Shown: piece by piece, positions 30,064-38,664 of the stretch
Numbering within the stretch: position 1 is the stretch's first letter
Layout of the letters: each line of letters starts with the position of its first letter
Source: a virus
Virus record (IMG/VR): IMGVR_UViG_3300013286_000009
Location: 1 to 64,000 of that record
Reading direction: 5' to 3' (one strand)
DNA: 64,000 nucleotides
Notes under the pieces: generated by a model
What the model saw: only the letters and a program-made list of their open reading frames with translations
The model's database searches: none
What the model was told of the DNA's origin: nothing
Position numbers and translations under genes: made by a program

Positions 30064-31530
30064 ATGAAAGTACAATCATTAACAATAGTAGGCGGAGGTA
30101 CTAGCGGTTGGCTAGCGGCCGCATATCTTTATAAAAATCAACCCGACATAAAAATAACGGTTATTGATAAAGAAGTAGGCACTCCTGTAGGTGTAGGAGA
30201 GGCGACACTGCTGTCATTCCGACCATTCCTAGACGAATGCGGAATACCTATAGAAGAATGGATTGTTCCCTTAGATGCTGGCTATAAATCTGGTATATTG
30301 TTTACTAATTGGCGAGAAGACGGCGATGATATATGGCATCCTTTTCAAAAAGGAAATAGAGAAATCATGGGAGAGATCAAAACTCATGATCTATGGAGCC
30401 GTAACCAACATCTAGATTTCAAAGAATATGCTTTAGATTTTTACTCGTCTTCTATAGATCATAATTCCGTCGATGTTATTAACATTGAAAACTATGCCAG
30501 TCATGTTGACTGTGGGAAATTAGTATTATTTTTACAGGATAGACTTAAAGATAAAATCGATATTATACGTTCAGACGTTGTTAGTGTTGTAAACAACGCT
30601 CAAGGAATTGACTATCTAGAATTAAAAGACGGTTCTAAAATTAAAAGCGATTTGTATGTGGATTGTACCGGGTTTAAGAACGTACTAAGAACACCTGCAA
30701 AAAGAATCAACTTGGAAGATAGACTATTTGTTAATACCGCATTGGCACATCCAGTACAATACCAAGACCGGTCTACTGAATTTAAACCACACGCCGTATG
30801 TGAAGCAGTAGAACATGGCTGGATATGGAAGATCGGTGTTGCCAGTCGTATCGGCACCGGACTAGTGTTTAATCGAAACATAACTACCGTAGAAGATGCT
30901 AAAGATTCTTTTGTTGCACACTGGAGTGATCGTATAAAGAAAGAAAACATTCGTGTAATTGACTGGTCTCCTTTTTACATAGAAGATCAATGGAGTGGCA
31001 ATGTAGTTAATATTGGATTAAGCGCAGGATTTATCGAACCGTTAGAAAGTACAGGCATTGCGCTAATCACTATCGGTATAACACAATTGCATAATGCATT
31101 AAATGAAAGATACTATACTGATATAAATCGAGATTATTATAATCTACAGATGAAAACATTGTTTGAAGATTGCATAGATTTTGTCAGTATGCACTATGCT
31201 AACAATCGCAGGCCTGGAAAATTCTGGGACCATGTGCGTAATACTTTTAAACCTTCGGAAAGAATGTTGCATCAGATAGACGAATTAGCTGATCCTAACA
31301 TAGTAGTACCTCGAAATTCTAAACATAATTATATGTTTGGAGGAAGTAACTGGATGTTGATGCTATATCAACTAGGATATACTTTGGCGCCACGCAATAT
31401 GTCAATCCCAGATGAAGTAGCTCTTGAAAAATTAGTAAAAAACTATAAAGAATATGCTAAGAATAGGCATGTATGGAGCAGGCATCACAGTACAGAAATA
31501 GATAGAATTCACGAGATTAGAAAACTATGA
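30064..31530 (+). CDS. Flavin-dependent halogenase, tryptophan halogenase family (3)
   Basis: GGGTSG, VGVGEAT, DAGYK, YVDCTGF, WIWKIG, FIEPLESTG. Confidence 0.9.
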   Translation: MKVQSLTIVGGGTSGWLAAAYLYKNQPDIKITVIDKEVGTPVGVGEATLLSFRPFLDECGIPIEEWIVPLDAGYKSGILFTNWREDGDDIWHPFQKGNREIMGEIKTHDLWSRNQHLDFKEYALDFYSSSIDHNSVDVINIENYASHVDCGKLVLFLQDRLKDKIDIIRSDVVSVVNNAQGIDYLELKDGSKIKSDLYVDCTGFKNVLRTPAKRINLEDRLFVNTALAHPVQYQDRSTEFKPHAVCEAVEHGWIWKIGVASRIGTGLVFNRNITTVEDAKDSFVAHWSDRIKKENIRVIDWSPFYIEDQWSGNVVNIGLSAGFIEPLESTGIALITIGITQLHNALNERYYTDINRDYYNLQMKTLFEDCIDFVSMHYANNRRPGKFWDHVRNTFKPSERMLHQIDELADPNIVVPRNSKHNYMFGGSNWMLMLYQLGYTLAPRNMSIPDEVALEKLVKNYKEYAKNRHVWSRHHSTEIDRIHEIRKL

Positions 31531-32270
31531 GAGAAATACGTTGGTCGTTTAGCACAAGTTGCGAATGGTTCGTTGATCATGCGTCGTCAATAGAGCATTT
31601 GGTACAGGACTACGATCCTTTTACTAGTCTGACTAAAGATGTTATGGCTGAACGTAAAGGAGCAGTGTTTACCAAATGTCCTGCACATACTGATTTTATC
31701 AAAAATACATTTATCATACGTGCTCCGTTTGATCTTACTATCAATAGCAAGATAGATCCTGTTACTAATGACGGTGAATTGTGGTGCGACAACCTCACAC
31801 AGGAACAATTTAAACAGATAATAGACACTAGATTTTTATTTAATAATGAACGCGGTATTAATCCGTGGCCTATTATTGGCATCGATTGGTTATACTGTTT
31901 TACTTCTGACGTTTCTACTATATTGCAAATAATGCCGGCATTCATGCACAGAAATCAATTTGTAGAAAAAACAATTATGGTTCCCGGGCAGTTTGATATT
32001 AGCAAATGGGTGCGTAATGTAGAAACAGCTTTTGAAGTAAGAGGCAACAACGAACGTATCGAGATAAAGAAAGGTGATGCCATTATGTATGCCAAATTTT
32101 TATGCGATGAACCTGTAAGATTAGTACAAGAATCTATTCCTTGGGAGGAGATGTATGTGTGTAACGAGATAAAAAGTAAAGATCGCAACAGGCCTCTGCA
32201 GAACCGTTACGAAGAATATGCCAAAGTACGTGCGGCAAAGTGTCCATATCCACATGACAAACAAGATTAA
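31527..32270 (+). CDS. Hypothetical protein (KCPA...IRAPFDL type, predicted beta-rich)
   Basis: 247-aa ORF overlapping halogenases 3 and 4 at both ends. Confidence 0.6.
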   Translation: MREIRWSFSTSCEWFVDHASSIEHLVQDYDPFTSLTKDVMAERKGAVFTKCPAHTDFIKNTFIIRAPFDLTINSKIDPVTNDGELWCDNLTQEQFKQIIDTRFLFNNERGINPWPIIGIDWLYCFTSDVSTILQIMPAFMHRNQFVEKTIMVPGQFDISKWVRNVETAFEVRGNNERIEIKKGDAIMYAKFLCDEPVRLVQESIPWEEMYVCNEIKSKDRNRPLQNRYEEYAKVRAAKCPYPHDKQD

Positions 32271-33819
32271 TTCCATTATCGTAGTAGGCGGTGGCAGTGC
32301 AGGCTGGATTACAGCGGCATCATTGATCACACAACTTAAAGATGTCAAGGTAACTGTGATTGAAAGTCCTAACATACCCACTGTAGGTGTGGGAGAAAGC
32401 ACAGTAGGCGGAATACGTGCTTGGTTGCGCATGGTGGGTATAGTAGATCGCGACTTTATGAAAGCTACCGATGCCAGCTACAAGATTGCTATTAAATTCA
32501 ATAATTTCTATGAAAAAGATCAAGGCACTTGGTATTATCCATTTGGTCGACCACTGCTGGAAGATAATTTGCATGGAAGAGATGATTGGTTTATTAAGAA
32601 ATCTCTATACCCAAAAACTCCTAGTCACGATTATGTAGACTGCTATTATCCGCAAATGGCACTGGTTAATTCTAATAAGATCATGATGAACAACGGTGAC
32701 CTTGATAATTTTAATTTTTATAACGACACTGCTTTTCATTTTGATGCGGCTAAACTAGGTATTTGGTTGCGAGATCATCACTGTAAACCTAAAGGTGTAA
32801 GTCACATACCTGCTGAAGTACAAGAAATAAAAGTAGATGAAACCGGTATACAATATCTCACATTAGATAGCGGTGCAAATATATCTGCTGACTTGTATAT
32901 AGACTGTACTGGATTTAAAAGTTTGCTGTTGGGAGAGGCATTGGCAGAACCATTCGTAAGTTACGAACATTTGCTACCTAACAATCGTGCTTGGGCTACT
33001 AGAATTCCTTATACCGATAAAGAAACACAACTGACCAATGTAACTGAATGCACTGCAACGGATAACGGTTGGGTATGGAACATACCTTTATGGAGTCGTA
33101 TTGGAACTGGCTATGTTTACAGTGACAAATATCTTACTCCTGAACAGGCAAAAAATGATTTTATTAACTATTTGTCAGCACAAGGACATCCCGTAGAAGA
33201 TCTAGAATTCCGTGATATTAAGATGCGTGTGGGTAAACATAAGAGACTATGGGTTAAAAATTGTGTAGCTCTGGGTCTTAGTGCGGCATTTATAGAACCT
33301 TTAGAATCAACAGGATTATTAACTACACATGATTTTGCTAGATCATTATGCGATATGTTGGTAAGAGATTCAATTAGCCAATGGGATAGAGATGAGTTCA
33401 ATCTTAAATGCGAAGATGAATTTAATTACTGGGCTCAATTTGTTTCCATGCATTACGCTCTAAGCCAAAGAAATGACAGTAAATATTGGCAAGATATTAA
33501 TAATAAATCCTATCTGGATTTAATGCCTGCTGTTAATAGACTAGGAACACAAAGTCTATATCATCATTCTATCTATTCAAAAAACTTTAATAAATTTTTT
33601 CAAGACGATGACGGAGTTAATTGTTTGGCAGCTGGAATGAATTGGAATCCCCAAACATCTGTAAATCTCAATACTATATTTGCTGTTGGTACTGATTTAC
33701 ACGAAGATTTTAGTCTAATGGTTGATAAATTAGAAGACAGAAAAGAAAGATGGAAAAGGGCTGTAGCAACAGCCCCTAGTCTTTATCAATATCTAAAAGA
33801 TAATTTTTATAAAGATTAA
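32254..33819 (+). CDS. Flavin-dependent halogenase, tryptophan halogenase family (4)
   Basis: Start MTNKINS; GGGSAGW, VGVGEST, DASYK, YIDCTGF, WVWNIP, FIEPLESTG. Confidence 0.92.
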   Translation: MTNKINSIIVVGGGSAGWITAASLITQLKDVKVTVIESPNIPTVGVGESTVGGIRAWLRMVGIVDRDFMKATDASYKIAIKFNNFYEKDQGTWYYPFGRPLLEDNLHGRDDWFIKKSLYPKTPSHDYVDCYYPQMALVNSNKIMMNNGDLDNFNFYNDTAFHFDAAKLGIWLRDHHCKPKGVSHIPAEVQEIKVDETGIQYLTLDSGANISADLYIDCTGFKSLLLGEALAEPFVSYEHLLPNNRAWATRIPYTDKETQLTNVTECTATDNGWVWNIPLWSRIGTGYVYSDKYLTPEQAKNDFINYLSAQGHPVEDLEFRDIKMRVGKHKRLWVKNCVALGLSAAFIEPLESTGLLTTHDFARSLCDMLVRDSISQWDRDEFNLKCEDEFNYWAQFVSMHYALSQRNDSKYWQDINNKSYLDLMPAVNRLGTQSLYHHSIYSKNFNKFFQDDDGVNCLAAGMNWNPQTSVNLNTIFAVGTDLHEDFSLMVDKLEDRKERWKRAVATAPSLYQYLKDNFYKD

Positions 33820-34961
33820 TATCTTACAACAACAATACCAGAACCACCGTCTGCACCATGCTGTCCACCACCGGCACCGCCACCTGTATTTGCGCCGCCG
33901 TGGCCGCCACGTGCTGTAGGTTGTGCATCTTGGCCTTGGGTAAGAGCCATTCCGCCGCCTTGGCTAAGTTTAATAGTTCCTCCGTATGGCCCGCCATGAT
34001 GATGTCCGCCACCGCCGCCACCACCAATGCCACCATCGCTAAATCCCCAGCCTAAATGGCCACCTCCGCCACCTCCGCCACCATAGTATATTGAGGCACC
34101 GCTACCGAGGATATCGCTCGCACGGCCTGCGCCGCCTATAATCATATTATTACGAAAACTACCACGGTATGCTTGACGTCCGTCAGGAGCACTTGCTCCA
34201 GGGCCGCCTGCACCGCCGCCACCTCCGCCTTGGTGAGTATTTTCGGTGTCGACATTGTATCTAAGGCCAGAACCTCCAGGATATCCTAATCCTACAGTTC
34301 CGTATCCACCATATGATCGCTGTCTACTGCCGCTAGTATCTGTATTTGAGCCGCCGCCACCGGATGCACTACTGCGGCCGCCGGTTGATCCGTTGTCCAT
34401 CGATCCGTTACTGCCGCCAGCCCAGGATCCACCGCCACCTCCGCCTGTGGCGGTTATGGATCCAAACACACTTGATCCTCCAGTTGGCCCTGCGACGTTA
34501 GGAGTACGGCCGCCGCCACCGCCGCCTACTGTAACACTAACACCAACGCCAGCACTAACCGGATAACTACGATTAAAGCTAACGCCACCCCCGCCACCCC
34601 CGGCAGCCCAATCGTATCCGCTTGAACCACCTCCGCCAACTACTAGCACTTGAACATTGCCGGTAAATGTTGGTGTAAATGTTGCAGATGTAACTGAGGT
34701 AAACATGTGAATAATAGCACCGTGAGCATAATATATGCTATCACCGCCTGTACCCACTAGACCCGGACTATAACCTGTTACTGGTCTCCAAGCACTACCG
34801 TCATAAAATTCTAAAGTTCCTGAAGAATTTCCTGCGGCATTATAGTTATTATTAGTAGTATTATATCTTAACTTTGCTAATCCCGTTGATGTACTAACTG
34901 TCTGATTAGGCAGTTTAATATTGTCTGATCCGTTGATTGTGGTATTTTTAAGGGTTGCCAT
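33816..34961 (-). CDS. Glycine-rich (polyglycine-II-type) tail/adhesin-like protein C
   Basis: N-terminal RYNT...EFYDG..W module; H.FT...TF.P, VLVVGGGG, many Gly runs, C-terminal GGSGIVVVRY. Confidence 0.75.
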   Translation of the reverse strand: MATLKNTTINGSDNIKLPNQTVSTSTGLAKLRYNTTNNNYNAAGNSSGTLEFYDGSAWRPVTGYSPGLVGTGGDSIYYAHGAIIHMFTSVTSATFTPTFTGNVQVLVVGGGGSSGYDWAAGGGGGGVSFNRSYPVSAGVGVSVTVGGGGGGRTPNVAGPTGGSSVFGSITATGGGGGGSWAGGSNGSMDNGSTGGRSSASGGGGSNTDTSGSRQRSYGGYGTVGLGYPGGSGLRYNVDTENTHQGGGGGGAGGPGASAPDGRQAYRGSFRNNMIIGGAGRASDILGSGASIYYGGGGGGGGHLGWGFSDGGIGGGGGGGHHHGGPYGGTIKLSQGGGMALTQGQDAQPTARGGHGGANTGGGAGGGQHGADGGSGIVVVRY

Positions 34962-36949
34962 CTATCGCTCCATTAGTATCTGATAATAACAATGCCACTG
35001 CCGCCATTGCCTGCTTGCCCGTATGAGCCACCACCACCACCGCCTGTATTATCTCCGGCACTGCCGCCAACATAATGACTAGACCCTTGTCCGCCATTAT
35101 TAATAGAATAGCCACCGCCTACTGATGTTCCTGTATGCTGTGTACCAGGATATCGAGGGCCGCCATGATATTGGGCGCCGCTACCACCACCACCAATACC
35201 ACCACTTGGACACATTGTGCTGTTACCATGGTGTACAGCGCCACCGCCACCACCACCCCAGTACTGTATGTAACCCATGACATCACTGGCTGCGCCTGCG
35301 CCGCCATTTTGTGCTAATCCTTGGTGGCAATCGTCCTCCATACTCCAACCAGGTTCGGCAGCTCCGCCGCCTCCGCCTGCATGGTGACTATCTTCACCTT
35401 GACGATTATATCTCATTCCGCTTCCGCCTGGAAATCCTTGGCCGCTTACACCGCGTCCGCCCAAATTTGTGTTACGACTGTCGTTTGGACCAGTATGGCT
35501 ATTTGATCCGTTGCCTTGTGATGCAGGACAACCGCCGCCGCCTGAACCGCCTGGTCGTGCGGCATATCCGTCCCAAGATCCGCCACCACCACCGCCGTAT
35601 GCGGTAATTGATCCAAATGTTGTGTTGGCTCCTGGATTTGAACTTTGCGCATAGGCAGGGGGTGAAGGCTGTGTACCGGCTACGTTTAGCGGAATTCCTG
35701 AACCTTGACTTACTGGATATGCTCTGTTGTAAACGAATCCTCCAGCGCCTCCGCCACCGCCTAGATGTCCTCCGCCTGAGCCACCGCCACCAATTACTAA
35801 AACTTCTACGGTTCCTGAAAATGCAGGTGTAAATGTTGCGGCGCCTGATGCAGTAAACATGTGTACTACACCGGGTGCTCGATTTGAATTATTTGGAGCA
35901 CTGTATATCAAAGTGCCGCCTGTACCTATAGAACCTTTGCTGATACCAGTAATAGGTCTCCAACCAGTAGAATCATAAAATTCCATCAAATTGTTAGCAG
36001 TATTTAATCTTAACATACCTGCTGTTGGACTACCGTTTCTACTAGCAGTTGCTCCTGTTGGTAAATCTAAATATCCAGTATCACTGATTGTTGTGCTTTG
36101 TAAAGTTGCCATTGATTAATACCTAACTATAACAATACCAGATCCACCGGTACCGTGATAACTTCCAGCGGCGCCGCCGCCGCCGCCTGTGTTTGCTCCG
36201 CCGTTGCCACCGAAACGAGAATGACCGTCACTGTTGCTAGCATTGCCGCCGTTGTTTAATGCTTGACTACCGCCATATCCATTTCCTACACTTGGAGTTC
36301 CTGGACTGTAATGGGCTCCGCCTGCACCTCCGCCACCGATGCCGCCATCGCCACCACCACCATCGCAGATGTGTGGGCCGCTGGCGCCGCCGCCGGACCA
36401 ATATAAAATACTGCCTAAAATATCACTGGCCGCGCCTGGGCCGCCATGTGTTGCTTGTTTTTGATTTGAATCTTGCGACGCAAGGCCCGGGCCGCCTGCG
36501 CCGCCGCCGCCGCCGCCATTGTGTGTATTTTCGCCGTCGTCATTGTATCTTACGCCGGCACCACCAGGAAATCCTTGACCTGTAGTTCCTGCGCCGCCAA
36601 AACATCTCATACGATTACCGTCTGAGTCACAGTTTGCTCCGCCACCCCCAGATCCTCCTGCATTTCCTGGAGTGTTTTGATTCCAAAATCCTGAATAGCC
36701 GCCGCCATATGCCGTTGTTGAACCAAACGTTGAGTTTCCCCCTTGGCCAGAACCGCTTGGGCCGCCACCGCCAACACTTAGTGGGATTCCAACACCTTGA
36801 CTAACTGGATAAGCACGGTTAAAAACTAGACCGCCACCACCACCGCCACCGCCCCAGCCACCATTGGCTCCGCCACCACCGCCTACTACTAATACCTGTA
36901 CATAACCTGTAAAGTTAGGAGTAAATGTTGCAGATGTAACTGAGGTAAA
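34675..36949. repeat. 29-bp perfect direct repeat at 34675-34703 and 36921-36949
   Basis: GTAAATGTTGCAGATGTAACTGAGGTAAA is identical in two Gly-rich paralogs; the flanking bases differ. Confidence 0.85.
34973..36112 (-). CDS. Glycine-rich (polyglycine-II-type) tail/adhesin-like protein B
   Basis: LP.G.TA.R...P..GM.R.NT...EFYD..GW module, Gly-rich domain, C-terminal GGSGIVIIRY. Confidence 0.75.
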   Translation of the reverse strand: MATLQSTTISDTGYLDLPTGATASRNGSPTAGMLRLNTANNLMEFYDSTGWRPITGISKGSIGTGGTLIYSAPNNSNRAPGVVHMFTASGAATFTPAFSGTVEVLVIGGGGSGGGHLGGGGGAGGFVYNRAYPVSQGSGIPLNVAGTQPSPPAYAQSSNPGANTTFGSITAYGGGGGGSWDGYAARPGGSGGGGCPASQGNGSNSHTGPNDSRNTNLGGRGVSGQGFPGGSGMRYNRQGEDSHHAGGGGGAAEPGWSMEDDCHQGLAQNGGAGAASDVMGYIQYWGGGGGGAVHHGNSTMCPSGGIGGGGSGAQYHGGPRYPGTQHTGTSVGGGYSINNGGQGSSHYVGGSAGDNTGGGGGGSYGQAGNGGSGIVIIRY

Positions 36950-37177
36950 TTGATGAACAACTCCGCCACCTAACATGCTGATATTATCGCCGCCGGTGCC
37001 TACAGTCCCATGACTATAACCGGTCACTGGACGCCAATTTGTACCGTCCCAATATTCCATTAAATTATAATCAGTATTATAACGCATCATTCCGTTAGCA
37101 GGGCTACCTGGACGCTGTGCAGAATTGCCTTGTGGTAATGTTAGCTCTGTAAATGTAGACGATTGTAGCTGTGCCAT
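36116..37177 (-). CDS. Glycine-rich (polyglycine-II-type) tail/adhesin-like protein A
   Basis: LPQG.SAQRP..P..GMMRYNTD...EYWDG.NW module, Gly-rich domain, C-terminal GGSGIVIVRY. Confidence 0.75.
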   Translation of the reverse strand: MAQLQSSTFTELTLPQGNSAQRPGSPANGMMRYNTDYNLMEYWDGTNWRPVTGYSHGTVGTGGDNISMLGGGVVHQFTSVTSATFTPNFTGYVQVLVVGGGGGANGGWGGGGGGGGLVFNRAYPVSQGVGIPLSVGGGGPSGSGQGGNSTFGSTTAYGGGYSGFWNQNTPGNAGGSGGGGANCDSDGNRMRCFGGAGTTGQGFPGGAGVRYNDDGENTHNGGGGGGAGGPGLASQDSNQKQATHGGPGAASDILGSILYWSGGGASGPHICDGGGGDGGIGGGGAGGAHYSPGTPSVGNGYGGSQALNNGGNASNSDGHSRFGGNGGANTGGGGGAAGSYHGTGGSGIVIVRY

Positions 37178-38293
37178 TTAATTGCTACCTTTTGTTTTTT
37201 TAGTAATAGTAGTTTTAGTAGCTACCGCTTTACCTTTGAGTTCGTTAATTTCTTCTTGGAGTGTTTTGATACACTCAATTAAGTATGCACTTACTTTTGT
37301 ATAGTGAATTCCGTAAGGATTGCCTTTATCATCTAAAGCAACTAGTTCTGGAACATGTTTGAATACATGTTCAGCAATTAAACCAGCTTCATGTTTCTTA
37401 TTGTCTTTACGATCATACGTCACACCAGTTAATTTTAATATTGCATCTAATGCGCCAGTAATAGGGTTAATATTTTCTTTAAATGCGATACTTGATGTTT
37501 CAACTAATCCAACTGTGTATATTGTTCCGCCGCAGCCAATACCGCCAACAACGTTAAATGCATTACTTGTGCTGGTTGCTGTGTTACCTTGACTACTGGA
37601 TGTGATTGCATTTAATCCACTACTTGCTGTTGAAGTAATTAAACCGGTAGTGCTCAATACACCGTTGCCGTAAATGGCACCGCTTACACCTAGACCACCA
37701 GTTACCAACAAAGCGGCCGACGCTGTGTTATAAGCTGTTGCCACGCCGCCTGTAACTGATAATGAATTGGCACTAGCCACGTTGGTTGATACAGATGTAA
37801 ATGCGCCGGCTTTAGCTGTAGTGCCGCCAATTATCATATTGTCTATTGAGCCAGTGGTCGCTGGATTGACTGTGACTACCCCAGAGCCGGTGGGACTTAA
37901 TACTACGTTGGCGTTTGCGGGACTAAGTGTTACAGTTGAACTGGCAGTTAATGTACTTGCACTAAGCGGGCCGCCTAATAGGGTAACTACAACATAATCA
38001 GTTCCATCAGAAACAAGTTGAACTGTTGAACCGTTTGGTAATGCTTGTGTTCCGGTACCCGAAGCACCTGGACCAATAAAGTTAGCACCAGTGCCTGTGA
38101 GAAGTGACACAACACTACCAGTTTTATTATAAAACACTTGTGTTACACCGTTGTATAAAGGTGCTAATGGTACTGTTACCGAATAAGGTCCAGTGCCGGT
38201 GAGTTCTGTAAACTGTCCTTGAGAAGGACTTGCAAGCGTAGCTCCGCTTAACGACCCACTTGTTGAACTAATTACGGTATTATAACGTGCCAT
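37178..38293 (-). CDS. Tail fibre protein with C-terminal intramolecular chaperone (peptidase S74)
   Basis: TSS..FKENI.PI..AL..I..L.GV.YD, GLIAE.V...VPELV, Y......LIE.IK.L...I.ELK. Confidence 0.85.
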   Translation of the reverse strand: MARYNTVISSTSGSLSGATLASPSQGQFTELTGTGPYSVTVPLAPLYNGVTQVFYNKTGSVVSLLTGTGANFIGPGASGTGTQALPNGSTVQLVSDGTDYVVVTLLGGPLSASTLTASSTVTLSPANANVVLSPTGSGVVTVNPATTGSIDNMIIGGTTAKAGAFTSVSTNVASANSLSVTGGVATAYNTASAALLVTGGLGVSGAIYGNGVLSTTGLITSTASSGLNAITSSSQGNTATSTSNAFNVVGGIGCGGTIYTVGLVETSSIAFKENINPITGALDAILKLTGVTYDRKDNKKHEAGLIAEHVFKHVPELVALDDKGNPYGIHYTKVSAYLIECIKTLQEEINELKGKAVATKTTITKKTKGSN

Positions 38294-38316
38294 ATTTTAT
38301 CTCTCTTTAATTTCTA

Positions 38317-38646
38317 TTATGATGTCGATGTTTCAATACCATAAACAGTTGCATTGACTTGATTACCTGTGCTTGCACTTGCTACTACGTATAGGTTTGA
38401 ACCAGCTACTAATCCTGTACGCTCAAATACACCGTAACCTACAAGGGTGGTTTGTTGTTCTATAAAATCACTAGTACCCGGTGTAGCTGATGTTGCTATC
38501 GCCAATTTGATAGTCACTGCGGATGATCCAGTATTGGTCAACGAAACGTTGAATACTGAATAGTAGTTGTTAGGAACTATGTAAAGTGTTGTATTACCAG
38601 TTGCTAACTGTAGTGAGCCGCCTATCGTTAAACGTCCTGTTGCCAT
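38317..38646 (-). CDS. Small beta-sandwich virion protein (family also at 58364 and 62868)
   Basis: TTLY.VP...N......TI.LAI...I.....L...ERTGLV...V..YG.E pattern. Confidence 0.6.
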   Translation of the reverse strand: MATGRLTIGGSLQLATGNTTLYIVPNNYYSVFNVSLTNTGSSAVTIKLAIATSATPGTSDFIEQQTTLVGYGVFERTGLVAGSNLYVVASASTGNQVNATVYGIETSTS

Positions 38647-38664
38647 TTTTATTTCTCCAAAATT

